NCBI GenBank assembly: GCA_030704615.1
Contig: CM060731.1
Location: 46,934,001-46,998,000 of the forward strand
Origin: Takakia lepidozioides
Taxonomy: Eukaryota > Plantae > Bryophyta
Length of the DNA: 64,000 nucleotides
Reading direction: 5' to 3'
Shown here in pieces: positions 1 through 12,587 of this stretch. Under the pieces are notes generated by a model. The model was not told where the DNA came from, made no database searches, and saw only the letters and a program-made list of their open reading frames with translations. A program made the translations under genes and the position numbers. Each line of letters begins with the position of its first letter. Position 1 is the stretch's first letter.

Positions 1-36
1 AGAAAACCGTTTCGCAATCAGCAAAGGTAATATAAC

Positions 37-312
37 CTAGTGTGGCCTGTGCCGTTGAGCACATAAAAAAGAGGTATTTTTTCTATTTTTCATGAATTTC
101 CGGCGACGAAAAATACTTGAAATTCAAAATCTCCCACACCGTAGGTCCAAAAATTATGAAACCACCTTGATGCACACCTACGCATCGAGAGCATTCCAGC
201 GGTGTCAAGAACCTGTGCGGAGGCCTTGCGGTTTGGGAGATCTCACCGTAAATACAAACAAACAAAACAAAACAAAACAAAACAAATTAAACGACCTTGC
301 TTAATATATTGA
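37..312 (-). mobile_element. Short non-autonomous Helitron
   Basis: The minus strand begins A|TCAATATATTAAGC followed by a (TTTTG)n tract. It ends with hairpin TGTGC-TCAACG-GCACA, 7 nt and then CTAG (37-40). This is the typical Helitron 5'-TC / 3'-hairpin-CTRR layout, although the base after CTAG is G rather than the usual T. Confidence 0.65.
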
Positions 313-1944
313 TCCCAATCTTTGCTGTAATACTATAGGTGTCTTCTTTTACATATTGGTATTAAAAATTAAAAATACAATAACAAGCCTCACTAGAGAT
401 GGTTTTTCACATTATCTCATCAGTCTAAGACAAAAACGAATGTTGGATGGTGCACCCAAGGCTTTCTGGGTGGTAATCACTGAAAGCTTTCACGAGCCCT
501 TCAGGCATCCCAGTCCTGTTCCATGATAACTGCCTCAACACTGGCAGATGAATTGACCATCTACACTTATGCAGAGAAGATTATTTGGCACGGTGTCTAT
601 GATTAGGAGGTTTCCAGTTACCCTTTTGACTAGTAATAAATGGGCCAAATCCATTGATATGGATCTGCTCCTAGCAGGAAGAATACGTGGATGAAATACA
701 AAGGGCTGACCTGCAGAGAGCGGGAAACAGCAAATCCAAGTGGTCAACAGCATGCCTCTCTGCTAACACCTGTGATCAAACTCCCATACAATACAATGTG
801 AACATTTGATAGTAGCCACCACCCAAGGCTTGCCTCTCTCTCTATGGTATCATTTCTTTCATTTCATCTGTCTCTCTACTCTGTTGGTCTACTAGAGACC
901 CGTAGGCCCTCCTTGCCTGCTGTGGATCCAGTAGATTTCTTCTCTTCTCACAGAGGACGCATAGAAGACATAATATTGCCTATGTGACTGAGGGCAGTTA
1001 GCAGGAGGGGATACTAACCAGCATTGTATGCAGCAGACGGGCTGCGCCCAACCGGGTGGGCACAGTCCACTCACGCAGATCCTTTAGGGTGGGAGTTATC
1101 AGTGGTCTTAGGAAAGCCTGCCATAGACACCAAAAACAAGGCAATTGATCACTGCACAGCGGATTACATGCAATTACATTGTTAGTCTATGGTATTCAAT
1201 TCCAGAAACTGACCCCAATCACTAGTTCAGGCATTCCATGTCCCAAAGGTTGGCATCTTCCTGCAGATGCTGTGACCTATCTTAATCACAAAAACAGCGA
1301 TGCTAATCTAGACTGTCCACATCGACTCTTCAGTGGTCTTCCAACAGGCACATGTGGAAGAAGCAAGGCTTGAGGAAAAAGGTACCAAAAGATATGAAGA
1401 AGAGAGGATAGGGAGGCAAACACAGATACTCAGATATATGATGGCTGGGAGAAGAAGGGACATCTTGAGATGAGATTAAAAGAAACTTCTCATTGTGGAC
1501 TCCAATCTTCAATCTGCCCCTCAAAGTCCGAAATATTCCATTAAATGCTAAATCTCTCACGAGTGATAACTTGGTAGATCTGTCCTTATCATTTTCGATT
1601 ATACACCAGCATGCAAGGTGAAGCTAAATCCCCTCCCAAGGACACAAATTGGAAAAGCTCTCCTATGGAAAAAGGAACGTATAACCAACACCACAAATCA
1701 AATTTCGCAAACCAAAAATGTGACACTAATGCGGGACCAGAGTCTATACTGCATAACTCTGGCCACCAGCCCAGCCGATGAAAACCCATCACTTACTTTG
1801 ATTCCTTGATGCACCATGTTGAAATAGCTCTTGGCCTCTCCTCTCAGTGTGGCCCTTCCACGCTATGAGCCAATATAGTGATGTAAAAGTTAAACATGGA
1901 GCCAAGGCCTGGGCCTTGGCCTTGCCATGTCCATGGGAGGCCAA

Positions 1945-2100
1945 GAAAGAAATGAAATGATACTTTATGAAGTCCACAGAAAGCTCAAAGAGCTTATGAG
2001 ACAGGTCAGAGCATGAAACAAGAAAGAGAAACAAAATGAAATGAAATGGTACTTTATAAAGTCCGCGGAAAGCTCAAAGAGCTTATGGGACAAAATGGAA
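1945..2100 (-). repeat. Two stacked ~90 bp copies of a probable LINE 3' tail ending in (ATTTC)n
   Basis: Direct duplication of GAAATGAAATGRTACTTTATRAAGTCCRCRGAAAGCTCAAAGAGCTTATGRGACA, containing an AAGCTC/GAGCTT hairpin. The same terminal motif occurs at ~51875. Confidence 0.55.
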
Positions 2101-2269
2101 AAAACATGGGAAGAAACAAGAAAGAGAGTGGGGGCCCCAGCAAGCAGGCCAAAAATGACAAAGGCAATGCCACGCTGAGAGAAATAAAGAGTGAAGAGAA
2201 TGGAGAGAGACACCAATTTTAAAAGACGAACATAAGCAAGATGCACAACAACACATAGGCGGTACAAAC

Positions 2270-5200
2270 CTCCACCATCAGCCGACATCCTACACCAGGT
2301 CTCCCTGCATAGGGTGCAGGCAATTGTAGATTTGTGCAACCTGTGTACCCATTATCAGTAGCTTTCTTATCTTCCCCCTTTGACCCTTCCAATATCATCA
2401 TGTCCCTCTTTGCATTCGCGTTCTTTTCATCATCCTCTCCCGCAATTTCAAATAACACAGCCTCCTTGTCCCAATCTGCTCGCTTACTGCCCTCTTCCCC
2501 TGTACCTTCTACTGACACAACATTCATGCTTCCATTAAATATGTTATTGTCCTCCTCCCTCGAGCCTTGCACTGTCACCACCTCCCCAATTTCATTTGCT
2601 TTTTGGTCATCATCGTTTGCCATTTGTAATGTCAACGTCTCCATGTCTGCATCTGCTGTCTCTTCCTCTGCAACTTCTCCCTTCATTGTGTCCTCAAAGA
2701 GATCTACTTCCATGTGATCCTCCTTCCCAGCACCTCCTTTCGTAATCACATCCCCATCTCCATCTTCTCTCTTGCCTGCCATCTTTCCTGGCACTTCCAT
2801 TCCCGTCACATCCACGACAGCATCTGGTTTCTCAGCATCCTCCGCCCATTTTGGTCCCACTGCCAGCATCTCCCTGTCTCTGTCTGCTTTCTTAACATTG
2901 TCTCCCTCTGTTTTTATCAACTCCTCTCCATCTGCCTTCTTATCCTCCTCTGATGAACCTTGCAACATCAACTTCTCATCTTCCTCGTGCATACTCTTGA
3001 CATCACACCTTGGGTCCTGCAGATGAGATAGAGGACAAATGAATTTCCACTTTCATTCTCCTATTTGCAAAGACAGCCTTGAATTTTTACTGTCCTTCCA
3101 AACCCTGATTCTTTCTATGGGGTCCATTAACTCCTGGGGGGCTCTTTCAAGTATGATGGTTCCAAGGACAGCATACGTCTACATCACAGTCCCTATGCTA
3201 CACCAACCCACTAATTTAAAGTTATGATGCTGCACATGGAGGGACTGCTGAAAGATCACGCCCAGCAGACTGGAGTCAGTCACACATTCCTGCTTTAACA
3301 TCACTTGGTTTCCATTGTCACCTGAATTATAATAGTCAACTAAAGTGACAGGCAACTTGCCCCATTGTAGTGACCCATAGCATTCCTTTGCTTGCATTCA
3401 GTTCCAAGGTCTGATTGCAAGGCTATTGCAATAGCATGTCTCCTTTCAGTTATGAACATCTTAAGGGCCTGGACCATCTATATGATTCTATCTTGTATGA
3501 AAACAATCCTGCTTTCTTCTATACTATACAAAAAAAACCTTGAATTTGCATACCTTTCACTGCGCTTGGAGCAATTAAAACTGACCTACATTAAATAGCC
3601 ACTCACAACACCAGTGACTTGATCAAACCTTCACATTCCTGGCGTCCAATTCATTGATAAACTTCAAGTAGATGTCCCCGACACCCTCCAGCAGTGAGAG
3701 AGATTTTGCTGCCAAATCAGGAGACTCATCTGTAATGCCCACCAACAATAGGGGTAGGAGTTCCGGAATGTAAAATCGTGGAATATTCCCCTCATCCACG
3801 CAAGCACAGATGTCTTCCATGCTTTTCATCCTGTCTTTATAGTTGAGCCAACAGGCAACACAGGGAAAGAAAAGCTGCAAGAGTCAAAGAGTAGTTTCAG
3901 AATGCTGGTAATATCATAATTCACTAGGAATATTATGTCCTGATTCACACGTTGCCCCATAAGAGAAGGAGAAATAAGTAGGCAGTAGCAGCTTCCCTGG
4001 ATTTCACATCAGAGAGGACAGTGAAAGAAGAAATGGGTTTTAGCCTCACTCTCCATCCTACCTTGTCTAGAATAAGTGCAGCAAAGGTGCTCTGCATGCT
4101 GAGAGAGAAAAAGACAAAGGAACTTTTCCACAGAGGCCACGAGTGAAAAAACACGTTTACAAATGGCCAAAGAGCTTGTGTGATGGTAATGGATGACAAC
4201 TTTGTTGTATGCGGTGCTCCAAAGGCTCAAGATGGTATAGGCAAGCTCTCCCTTCGCTCTCACACTTTAGGTGAATGATGAAATTGCTGCATGAAGATGA
4301 GAGCTGAGCAGGAGCTAACCTCTCTAACACTGTTTGAGTGGTCGAATGCCAAAGGCCTGACACCAGGTGCCAAATGCTGAATAACCATGGTTGCAGGTAA
4401 TCCACATTGGACCATACCATCAATGGCTTGCAACACTGCAATCCGGACCTGCACTCTTACATGCATCAAAACAGGCTGCCTAAGACAAACAATAATGCCA
4501 AGTTTAGGTAATGAGCAAACAAAGTGCAGTCGAGAACCTTGCAAAATTAGTCTTGCCTGATTGATGGTAGCTCTGTTGAAGCAAAAATGTGGATCGGAAA
4601 AGAGAAGAACAGGACAAAGAGAGTCAATGAGAAGAGAAAAGGGACGTTAAATCAGGTACACAGATAGAAGAACAAAGCTTATTTCTCAGACTCTAATGTA
4701 CATGAGCATTGAGAATGGGCAGTGGGTTCAGCAAAGTACCCGTGAGTGAGAATGGTTGATGCTAGGGAGCAGGGCCTTGAGAAAGATGCCCGACTTGTTC
4801 CCAAAAATATTGGGATCCCGACCCACCATCAATATAAGGACATTGCAAGCGCTTTTCCTAACCTCATGAAATGTATCAAACAGCATTACAGCCAGTACCT
4901 GTTCATTGTTGAACACAGAATAAGGGTGGTGAAATATGATTGAACCCAACATGCTCTTCATTGCCATTGAATGTGGCTGTAGGTATACATGTGACATGTG
5001 ACTATGATATGATCCCTCTGGAGCCAGTCAAGGAGTTTCAGACCACCTGGATAACATCAGACTCATATGCAGATTACCTCAAATCCAACTATTGAATGTT
5101 AATTCAGGACTGCCGTTTACATCATACTACAAAAGCACATTCTTGATTCCAGCACAGCTCCTCTAGAAGGTAGGGAGAAATAGGAATTCACCCTGTGAAG

Positions 5201-7052
5201 AGGGTCAACAACAGCCTGGAGGGTTTTGAGGGAGCATTGAGTGACCAAGGCACCCATCAAGAGAGCAAGCAGCAGCAACCGTACCTCCTCCGAATCTTCC
5301 AACACAGGAATATGCCCTGCAGCCCTTCAGGATAGCCGCCTCTGTCACAACCCCTTCATTACTAATCATGCAATACTTTCCTCCTTAAAAGTGGATAACA
5401 CATCCTCAGTACTTTAGCACTTGACATACTACCAATTCTAGCCAGGAGGGAATATCTAACCCTAACCCTAAATACAGCTCTCATGCCAACATATCCATGA
5501 ATCAACAGAGATATCTTCCTCATAGCGGAAGAAAAAGGACATTGAACTTCTAATAACAGGAAGACGCTAACCATTTGGTAGATGGCACAACCCTTGAATC
5601 AAATGGGCATTACTGGCCTCCCTGAAAAATTAATATCCTTGGTTTAGTCACACATCCTTTGGCCTTGCCATTTTTGTTTTGCTTTTCCATTTGCAGCAAC
5701 CAGATTGACTTGCCTACAGACATGTGTGAGACTATTGCATAAGGGTATCCGAAGGGATCCTGACATAAAGTTGGATTACCTATCCTCTCTGCCAGGACTG
5801 GTGCAAGCAGCATCAAGGTTTGGTCCACCTGCGAGACCTCGCCGCATGCCCAAGGTGATAAGAAGCCCATCTATGGTTTCCTGGTGAGCACAGGGTTCTT
5901 GCCCTCGTATTTCCCACTGTACCTTAAGCTGTAAATCTGCTTCAAGAATACATTTCTGCTAAGAGGTAGAAATTGTGACATGCTAGTCTAGATGACATTC
6001 CTGATCATCAAGGCACAGAGATAGACACCAGAAGGCCCCAAGTCCACATATGCGTGGGAAGAGCCATTCAGCTATCGCCTTTGGGTTTTTAATTCTTAGA
6101 GAGGTGTAACGCTAGACATTCATAAATTTTGATTCTCATTCTGCGTTTTTCCTGCCCACCATCCATGGGTGGGTAAGCCATTATGGTCTTGTTGTTTGCA
6201 AATCCACCTCCAGCAGCAGTTTCAGATAAGTGTAACTGCCTTGGAATGAGAATCCATTTCTGTAAATTGCTCTAGTGTTGCGTGCATGACAAAGAGTAGA
6301 TATCTGATGAGCATACATACAATTGTGGATACCTATGACACTATGTTAGCATTCTCCTTATCACTGGAAGAATAGAACCTCAGGAATAGACTTGGCCACG
6401 TTGATGATGAGCTGAACTGCATACTCCCTGCATTTCTCTGAGGTGTCACTCAGCAACCGCAGCACTAATCCAAGTATGGTCTCATCCCATGCTGCCTGCA
6501 GGAGACAATCGCCAACTCAAGGGTGGTAGACAAACTACTCACATTCCCCTCTCCCTCCCTCTCCTCTCATGCCCCGACCCGTCCTAAAAGGAGCACCTTT
6601 TCTGCCTCTGGAACATACCCGAGTGAAAGTACATTGGCAGAAGTAATTGCAAATGCATTCAAGCAGGCCCAGGACAAACACTGTATTTCAAGGTACAACC
6701 CGTTGTTTCTTTCTCTATTCAGCTGCACAAAAGCCAGAGAAATCTTACTTTAACCATGTCAGGACATGCTTACATTTCAAGTTTGAGTGCACACATGCAG
6801 TCCCACAGACATACAGACCTCAAGCACGTCCAGAGGAGGCAGCGACCCGGCACCATCATCTTTAAGCAGACAGACATGTAGACCCTCCAGTGCTCTTCTT
6901 CGTACATTCCGATCTGGATCTGAGAGACGATTCAATGTTCTTTGCACCGTCTGCACCACCAGGGCAGACACATCTGAACAAACATCTGAAAGGGTCGAAG
7001 AATTCAAAAGAGGCAGCCTAATACTCAGCTGAAAGCCATCAGGGTCAAACAT
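2270..7052 (-). CDS. DNAAF5: HEAT-repeat protein, dynein axonemal assembly factor 5 (DNAAF5/HEATR2)-like; partial, 3' exons not found in window
   Basis: Phase-consistent GT-AG exons: 7052-6819, 6495-6379, 5828-5780, 5316-5192, 4898-4740, 4448-4320, 3874-3629, 3016-2270. Motifs include RLSDPDRNVRRRALE, LLSDTSEKCRE, EDSEEVRL, DTFHEVRKSAC, HSHSRVRIAVLQAI, LLPLLLVGITDE and RPGVGCRLMV. The start codon is uncertain. Confidence 0.8.
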
Positions 7053-9515
7053 TTGTCCAACAGGGCCACTGCTGGCCAAACAAAGGCCCTATCTTCACCC
7101 ATGTACACCTAGTCTATGTATAATCTGGGAAGAACCCTCACATACTCTTTGTCACAGGCCAAGCCATGCAATACAACATGACTGTCACATATGGAGACAT
7201 GGTCTACTATCTCACAGATAGATAAAGAAGCCAAGAACCACATCCTCGTACCACTGTCTGGCCTATTGTCTCTAGACAGCATTGATTGGAATATAGCTCT
7301 CCACAAATCACCCCAGAAGGTAGCTTCGTATAAAGAACACACCACAACTGAGTTGCACTGCTGCTGTCCATTATACATCGCGGTTTAGCCGAACGCCCCT
7401 CAATTGGGCAACCAAAAATTGAGGGAGAGATGTAACACTGCAGCCATTTAAACTAATTACGAATGTAGTTGCAAATGCGCAAGAATAAAATGAGAGGTCT
7501 CCATGCTGTAATCATAGCTCCACTGAGCCATTTGCATCCGTTGAACAAATTTTAGCGGAAGACTCACACAATCTTGTGTCAGAAGTTGAGCTATTGTTAT
7601 CAAGAACTATCGCCTCAGAGTACAAGACAGCTGACAGGACAATCACGGCACTCTCTGCTTACTCTAGCACGTCGACTGTTGCCAACGCTTTAATGAGAGA
7701 AGTATCACCATCATATCAAAAGCTCATTTAGGAACCCACATGGCATACAACGTTTGTGTAATAGCGCAATCCGCTCTTTGGGCCTCATTCTCTCACTGTT
7801 CTTCCAACTACAATTCCAAGAAGGAAAAACCCAAACCGAATTGCGCATCCTTCTACACAGATAGAACCAACCCATTGGCTGTGGTGAGTCCTAATTCCTT
7901 CTCGAAAACTTTCAGTTTCGAATCAATCCCTTTCTGGACTATAAAGCAATACAAATGCAAATCTCGGAAATCCTAATCTTCCCCAGACGCACAAGGGAGC
8001 CTTCAGAGATAACTGCCAGCCCTGGACAGAAGTAACGAACCCAAAGTGAAAAATAAAATCACCTGAAGATACGCAGACACCACCTCCTCCTTGGTCACTG
8101 TACAGGGGTAGAGATCGGCATCCGACATGGCTGCTTCGCCCACAGCACAGCACAGCGCAAACGGGCCCTTCTTCTCCACGGGATGTGCAAGTATAACCGT
8201 TGCCCAGCCTTGCACCGTACTAGTAGTTAACGAACTATCCCCCAGTATCTAACGAAATATTCTCCAGTAAGACACATTGATTCAAATATTCCCAAACAGA
8301 TATATTTCAGTAGTAAGCGAATTATTGTTTTCCCGGTACCTAACGATATACTCACACCTGTCGCTTGGCAGGTTGGCTTGCTTCTTTGCGCACTCTCACA
8401 GACATGCAGCTGCTGATCAATCGGGATGCATATGAGTTCCAAGCAGAGATTTTGCGAGACAATGTTGTTGCAGTGTTTCTGAGATGCACGAGCAGTAAAT
8501 ATGACTCGGCCTGATCTTGATTCCTGGCATAGACCTGGCCTTCCTACGCAACTGGATTCAGCTGGCTCTAGTCCACCTCTAGACAGTCACCCCAACATTT
8601 ACGTGCCAGGAATATAGATCTAAGTATGCACTCAATGTCAAAGCGCAACGACGAAGTGCTGGATATTGTATATAGCTGTGTATTACATAGTTTCAGGAAT
8701 TCAAGGTCCAATTGTTGATGCCGGTAGCCCCAGTACCGTTCTCATGACCAGTTGAGTACGTAATAAACAAGGTATAGCTTTAAAGGACTTCCGTATGACT
8801 GCCCAGATAATTGCTTCTGATCATGTGCGAGACTTCTGATTATTCTCTATGTTCCTGAATGAGCGAGCTCCGCTTCCTGTGATTTCGCTATGTGCTCGAG
8901 GTTAGACAGCTCCTCCTTCGGACGTTGGCGATCAGGTGGTACTGGTGGTTCACTGTGGTTCACTGGTGATTCTACGCTTTTGACATCTTTCTACCCAACC
9001 AGCCCAACTCCAGGAAAACTGTAAACTGGACAAAAGGGGTTTTAACGCCAGGTTGTCTTGCATGATGTGGCCTCACGTGCAAATTGATCAATTCTTGAAA
9101 AAAGGTTGCACATGCACAAGAACGCCGACAAGATCCTACGTTAATATGAGGCTTGGATTGAACAGCTACGTAAGCTTGTGCATGGTTTTAAACTAACCAG
9201 ATATATTAAGAAGCCATTGGAATAATCTGCCTTCCACATGCCTGCATGCGAGGAATATGTACAGTTCCTAAAGACTTGAGGAGCTCCGCATATCCAAGAA
9301 AACATGCGCACTCACTCTCTGGAGTCAATAGTCTCTTTCTACAGTTCGAAACAAAGAGAGGTCTACATAATCTTGGAACTCTGAGGTCGAGTTCATAATC
9401 TCTAGCCTGGATTAAAGGAATAGCAAAGAATGCAGACAAGAATTAATTTAAGTACTTCAAGTTTTCTGGACCCATGACGGACTTGAGAAACTCGAGGGAA
9501 TAACAGTCTTTTTTG

Positions 9516-10799
9516 TTAGTACCCTAACACATCCATTGGCAGCTTTTGCAGTGCCTCCAGCTCCTCCGCTCCCCCCACAAACTTGCGAGCGAAAAGGAAG
9601 CAAACCATATACGGTGAACCATCATACGTACAAGAAGGCTCGTTATCAAAACCTGGTTGATGTGAATCTTGATACATCCCGTGCACATTCACCGTCTGCT
9701 GTTGAATCTTCTGAAAGAGAGAAGAATTGATTTCATGTAAGCTCATGGATGCTGGGTGCGAGTCGTGGTTCGGGTCAGACCAATCAACGTACATGACAGT
9801 GCGATTGGCAATGCCCTCCGCATCTTTCAATGCAAGCATGGTTTGGACGTACTGTTCGTCGGGTGCGACTCCTCTACACTCTGATTTGAACTTGTGGTAG
9901 AGTGTAGATTCTCCCACAACCAACCCTGCATGCCTTCGGTGCAGTGTCATCCAAGCCTCGCCTTTCCGCGTCTGATTGTTATGGAACTCTGGCTCTTGGT
10001 TCCAACTACTCCTGAACCATTCCAAAGGCAGGAATGCTTCCACAAAGCTGCGTTGAGAGTTAATGAGGTAATTGTAGACGAACGGGAAGTTTCGAACAGG
10101 GATTGTGCTTTCACACACCAATGTAAACCAATAATTAGGCACTGCAGTGTCCAACAGTGCTTGAGCTACTAATCGCCTTATCGCATCCACAAAAGTCATG
10201 GAAAACCGACCCACAGGCTTGCTGGGTATGTTCCTCTTGTGAAAGAAGGAGCTTTCTGGGTATGTGTAACCGAGGTCACTGGCGTGGACGTAGACAGAGT
10301 ACATGTCAAAGTAGCCATCAAAGAAACGCTTCCAAATGGGCTCGAATACAATCTTCCCCCGGACTAAAAACAGAAAAGCCACACGAGGTTTCCCCGGTGC
10401 AATTGGGTTCATTGCTGCCTGACGGGCTGCACACCACAACAACTCATCGTCAGTCGCGTCGACAGTCGCGTTTGGATCACTCGATATCATTGGGCTCAGC
10501 TCAATCACTGGAGGAGAGACTTCGTACAGTTTGGAGCACTGTAGCGAAGAATTGTGACTATCCGCAGGTAGAAATGAGTTGGCATCTGACAGTGTCTTTT
10601 CGGTGCAAGGATCAGAGTTTGCTTTTTGTAGGTAGATTTTGAATTGGGTATCAACGCTTCCATCGTACGTGAAGCTGAAATGCATCAAGCTGACGAAGAG
10701 GCCCACCGCGACGATTATCTTTAGCACTGACATACCATGAATAGGACAAAACATGACTGACATACATGTGCCTGGCAGCTCCCCCTTTCGGTACTTCAT
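9516..10799 (-). CDS. Core-2/I-branching beta-1,6-GlcNAc transferase family (GT14-like, DUF266/BC10 type)
   Basis: Single coding exon with an N-terminal TM anchor. Motifs PRVAFLFLVRG, YSVYVHA, LVCESTIP, RKGEAW, APDEQY, YVDWS and CFLFARKF. ATG at 10799 follows an AG acceptor. Confidence 0.92.
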   Translation of the reverse strand: MKYRKGELPGTCMSVMFCPIHGMSVLKIIVAVGLFVSLMHFSFTYDGSVDTQFKIYLQKANSDPCTEKTLSDANSFLPADSHNSSLQCSKLYEVSPPVIELSPMISSDPNATVDATDDELLWCAARQAAMNPIAPGKPRVAFLFLVRGKIVFEPIWKRFFDGYFDMYSVYVHASDLGYTYPESSFFHKRNIPSKPVGRFSMTFVDAIRRLVAQALLDTAVPNYWFTLVCESTIPVRNFPFVYNYLINSQRSFVEAFLPLEWFRSSWNQEPEFHNNQTRKGEAWMTLHRRHAGLVVGESTLYHKFKSECRGVAPDEQYVQTMLALKDAEGIANRTVMYVDWSDPNHDSHPASMSLHEINSSLFQKIQQQTVNVHGMYQDSHQPGFDNEPSCTYDGSPYMVCFLFARKFVGGAEELEALQKLPMDVLGY

Positions 10800-12587
10800 G
10801 CTCCTGCAAATGAGTAAGTACTCGAACACAACCTGGCAATCTTCGCGAGCCGAATTGTTGCTTTGTCAAGCAGCTAATGAGAAGACTCCCTCGACAGAAT
10901 CGGAAGCAGGTACATGTACATACCCCCTGCAGACATCACCACATTGCTTCCAACTTGCTGATTGCAACTCGATCAAGTCACCTGACTTTGACAGTGCACA
11001 CTGCTGGCCACAGAAAATCCACCATCAAAACCAATACATGCAGATTGTTCTGACACGAGTTCAGCTTGGGATTACGTGATCAATCACGAGACAAAACTTG
11101 AGCTTCCCGCTTGCAAGATGCCAAAAGGGAGGGAAAGGGGGTATAACAGTGAGCAGTAGAGGGTGTAAGTGCTTTGGGCTTCAAGATGAGAGAGACTCCA
11201 TGTGCAGAAGAGACTCAAAAGAAACAACCATGCAACCATCTCATGCAACACTTGGGATGGGCTCTGAGCTCTCCTGCACTGACCTCTTTATAACAGATGT
11301 GCCTATACCATCTCCAAGACTCTTGCAGTACACACGAGCTGCACCAAGAAGGAATGATTCTTGAGAACAGAAAAAGAGAACAGCAAAAGCAGGCTTCAAA
11401 GAACAAACTTACTTCAGAATTGAATACCTATGCTTTACACCGGATTAGAGAAAACATTAGAGGGTCACCTATGCACTATATTAGTGTCCGGGCAAATACC
11501 ATACATGTATCTTGAACACTTCTTGTCCAAGTGTGATTGTGTTGCCTCTAGGAACTTTGGACAATTTAGGCCAAAGACCTTCACTCATGCCAGTCTATAA
11601 AAGAGCCTCAAGTAGACACCCTCCCATTTAAACCATCTTCCGCTATTCTGGACATATCTTGAACATCCCACATCTTTGTTATTCGCACTAACAAGTTCTC
11701 ATACAAAATTGGGCTGCAACTCTTAATAACTTTTGATGCATTGTGGTCAACCCAATGGATACAATGATCTCATATCCATTGCCTTTCAAAGCAATAAGGC
11801 ATGTGGAGTGGGTGATAAGATGATCTTACATCACTTTTTCCTGTGAATGTGATTTGTACAGACACTGAGCTCTATTATATCTATCTTATGCACAAGGGGA
11901 AGGCTCTTCTTTCTGTGAGCTACGGTTGGCATCATACATATATATATAAATATATCTCTGATGCATTTCAAGCACACCCACAGAACACAAATGGTACCAA
12001 CGAGATACATGCTCAGTTCATATTGAGTTATTTTTGGAGAGGGGGGAAAACTGACAAAGATTTGATTCGGTTTTATTATCATTCCACATAATGAATGTCT
12101 CCTTTCCTTTTTTGGTTGAAAGGGGACAGTGCAACAGTACTCCAATCACCATAATAGAAGTGCAGGGAACATTAAACCTATCATTACAGCCATATGGCTC
12201 TAAACCGAATAAGACAGAATATAGAGACTCTCCTCCCAACCGCAGAACCGCGAGTGCGATGAGAACTACACCTCTGTGGTTCACCCCCGAGCCTCTTATA
12301 TAGTTCCTAGCTAGGCTAAAAGCAATCTCCAACTAGACTTGCTTGTAGACCTACTTTTAACTATATATGAAGTAGAATGGAGTTGAGTTACTTTTAGAGT
12401 CCCTGACTTCCTCTGCAAGTCAGGTGATTCGTTCAATGTAGAGCTGCTTCGGTCTTCAAAAGTACAAAACCAGAGAGGAGAAAACACTCCATGAATATCC
12501 ACTGAATGGAGGCAAGAATCAAAGTAAGAAGCCCAAAAACAAATTGCGACAAATCCTGTCGCGAGGGCTGAATTGCTGCATGGCAGC

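Noticed and set aside
2334-3026. Ser-rich plus-strand ORFs (also 33959-34293 and 57302-57736)
   Set aside because: They are antisense shadows of acidic minus-strand coding regions.
3554-3585. DNAAF5 micro-exon (AG..GT flanked, 32 nt)
   Set aside because: It would shift the frame, and the flanking exons already join in phase 0.
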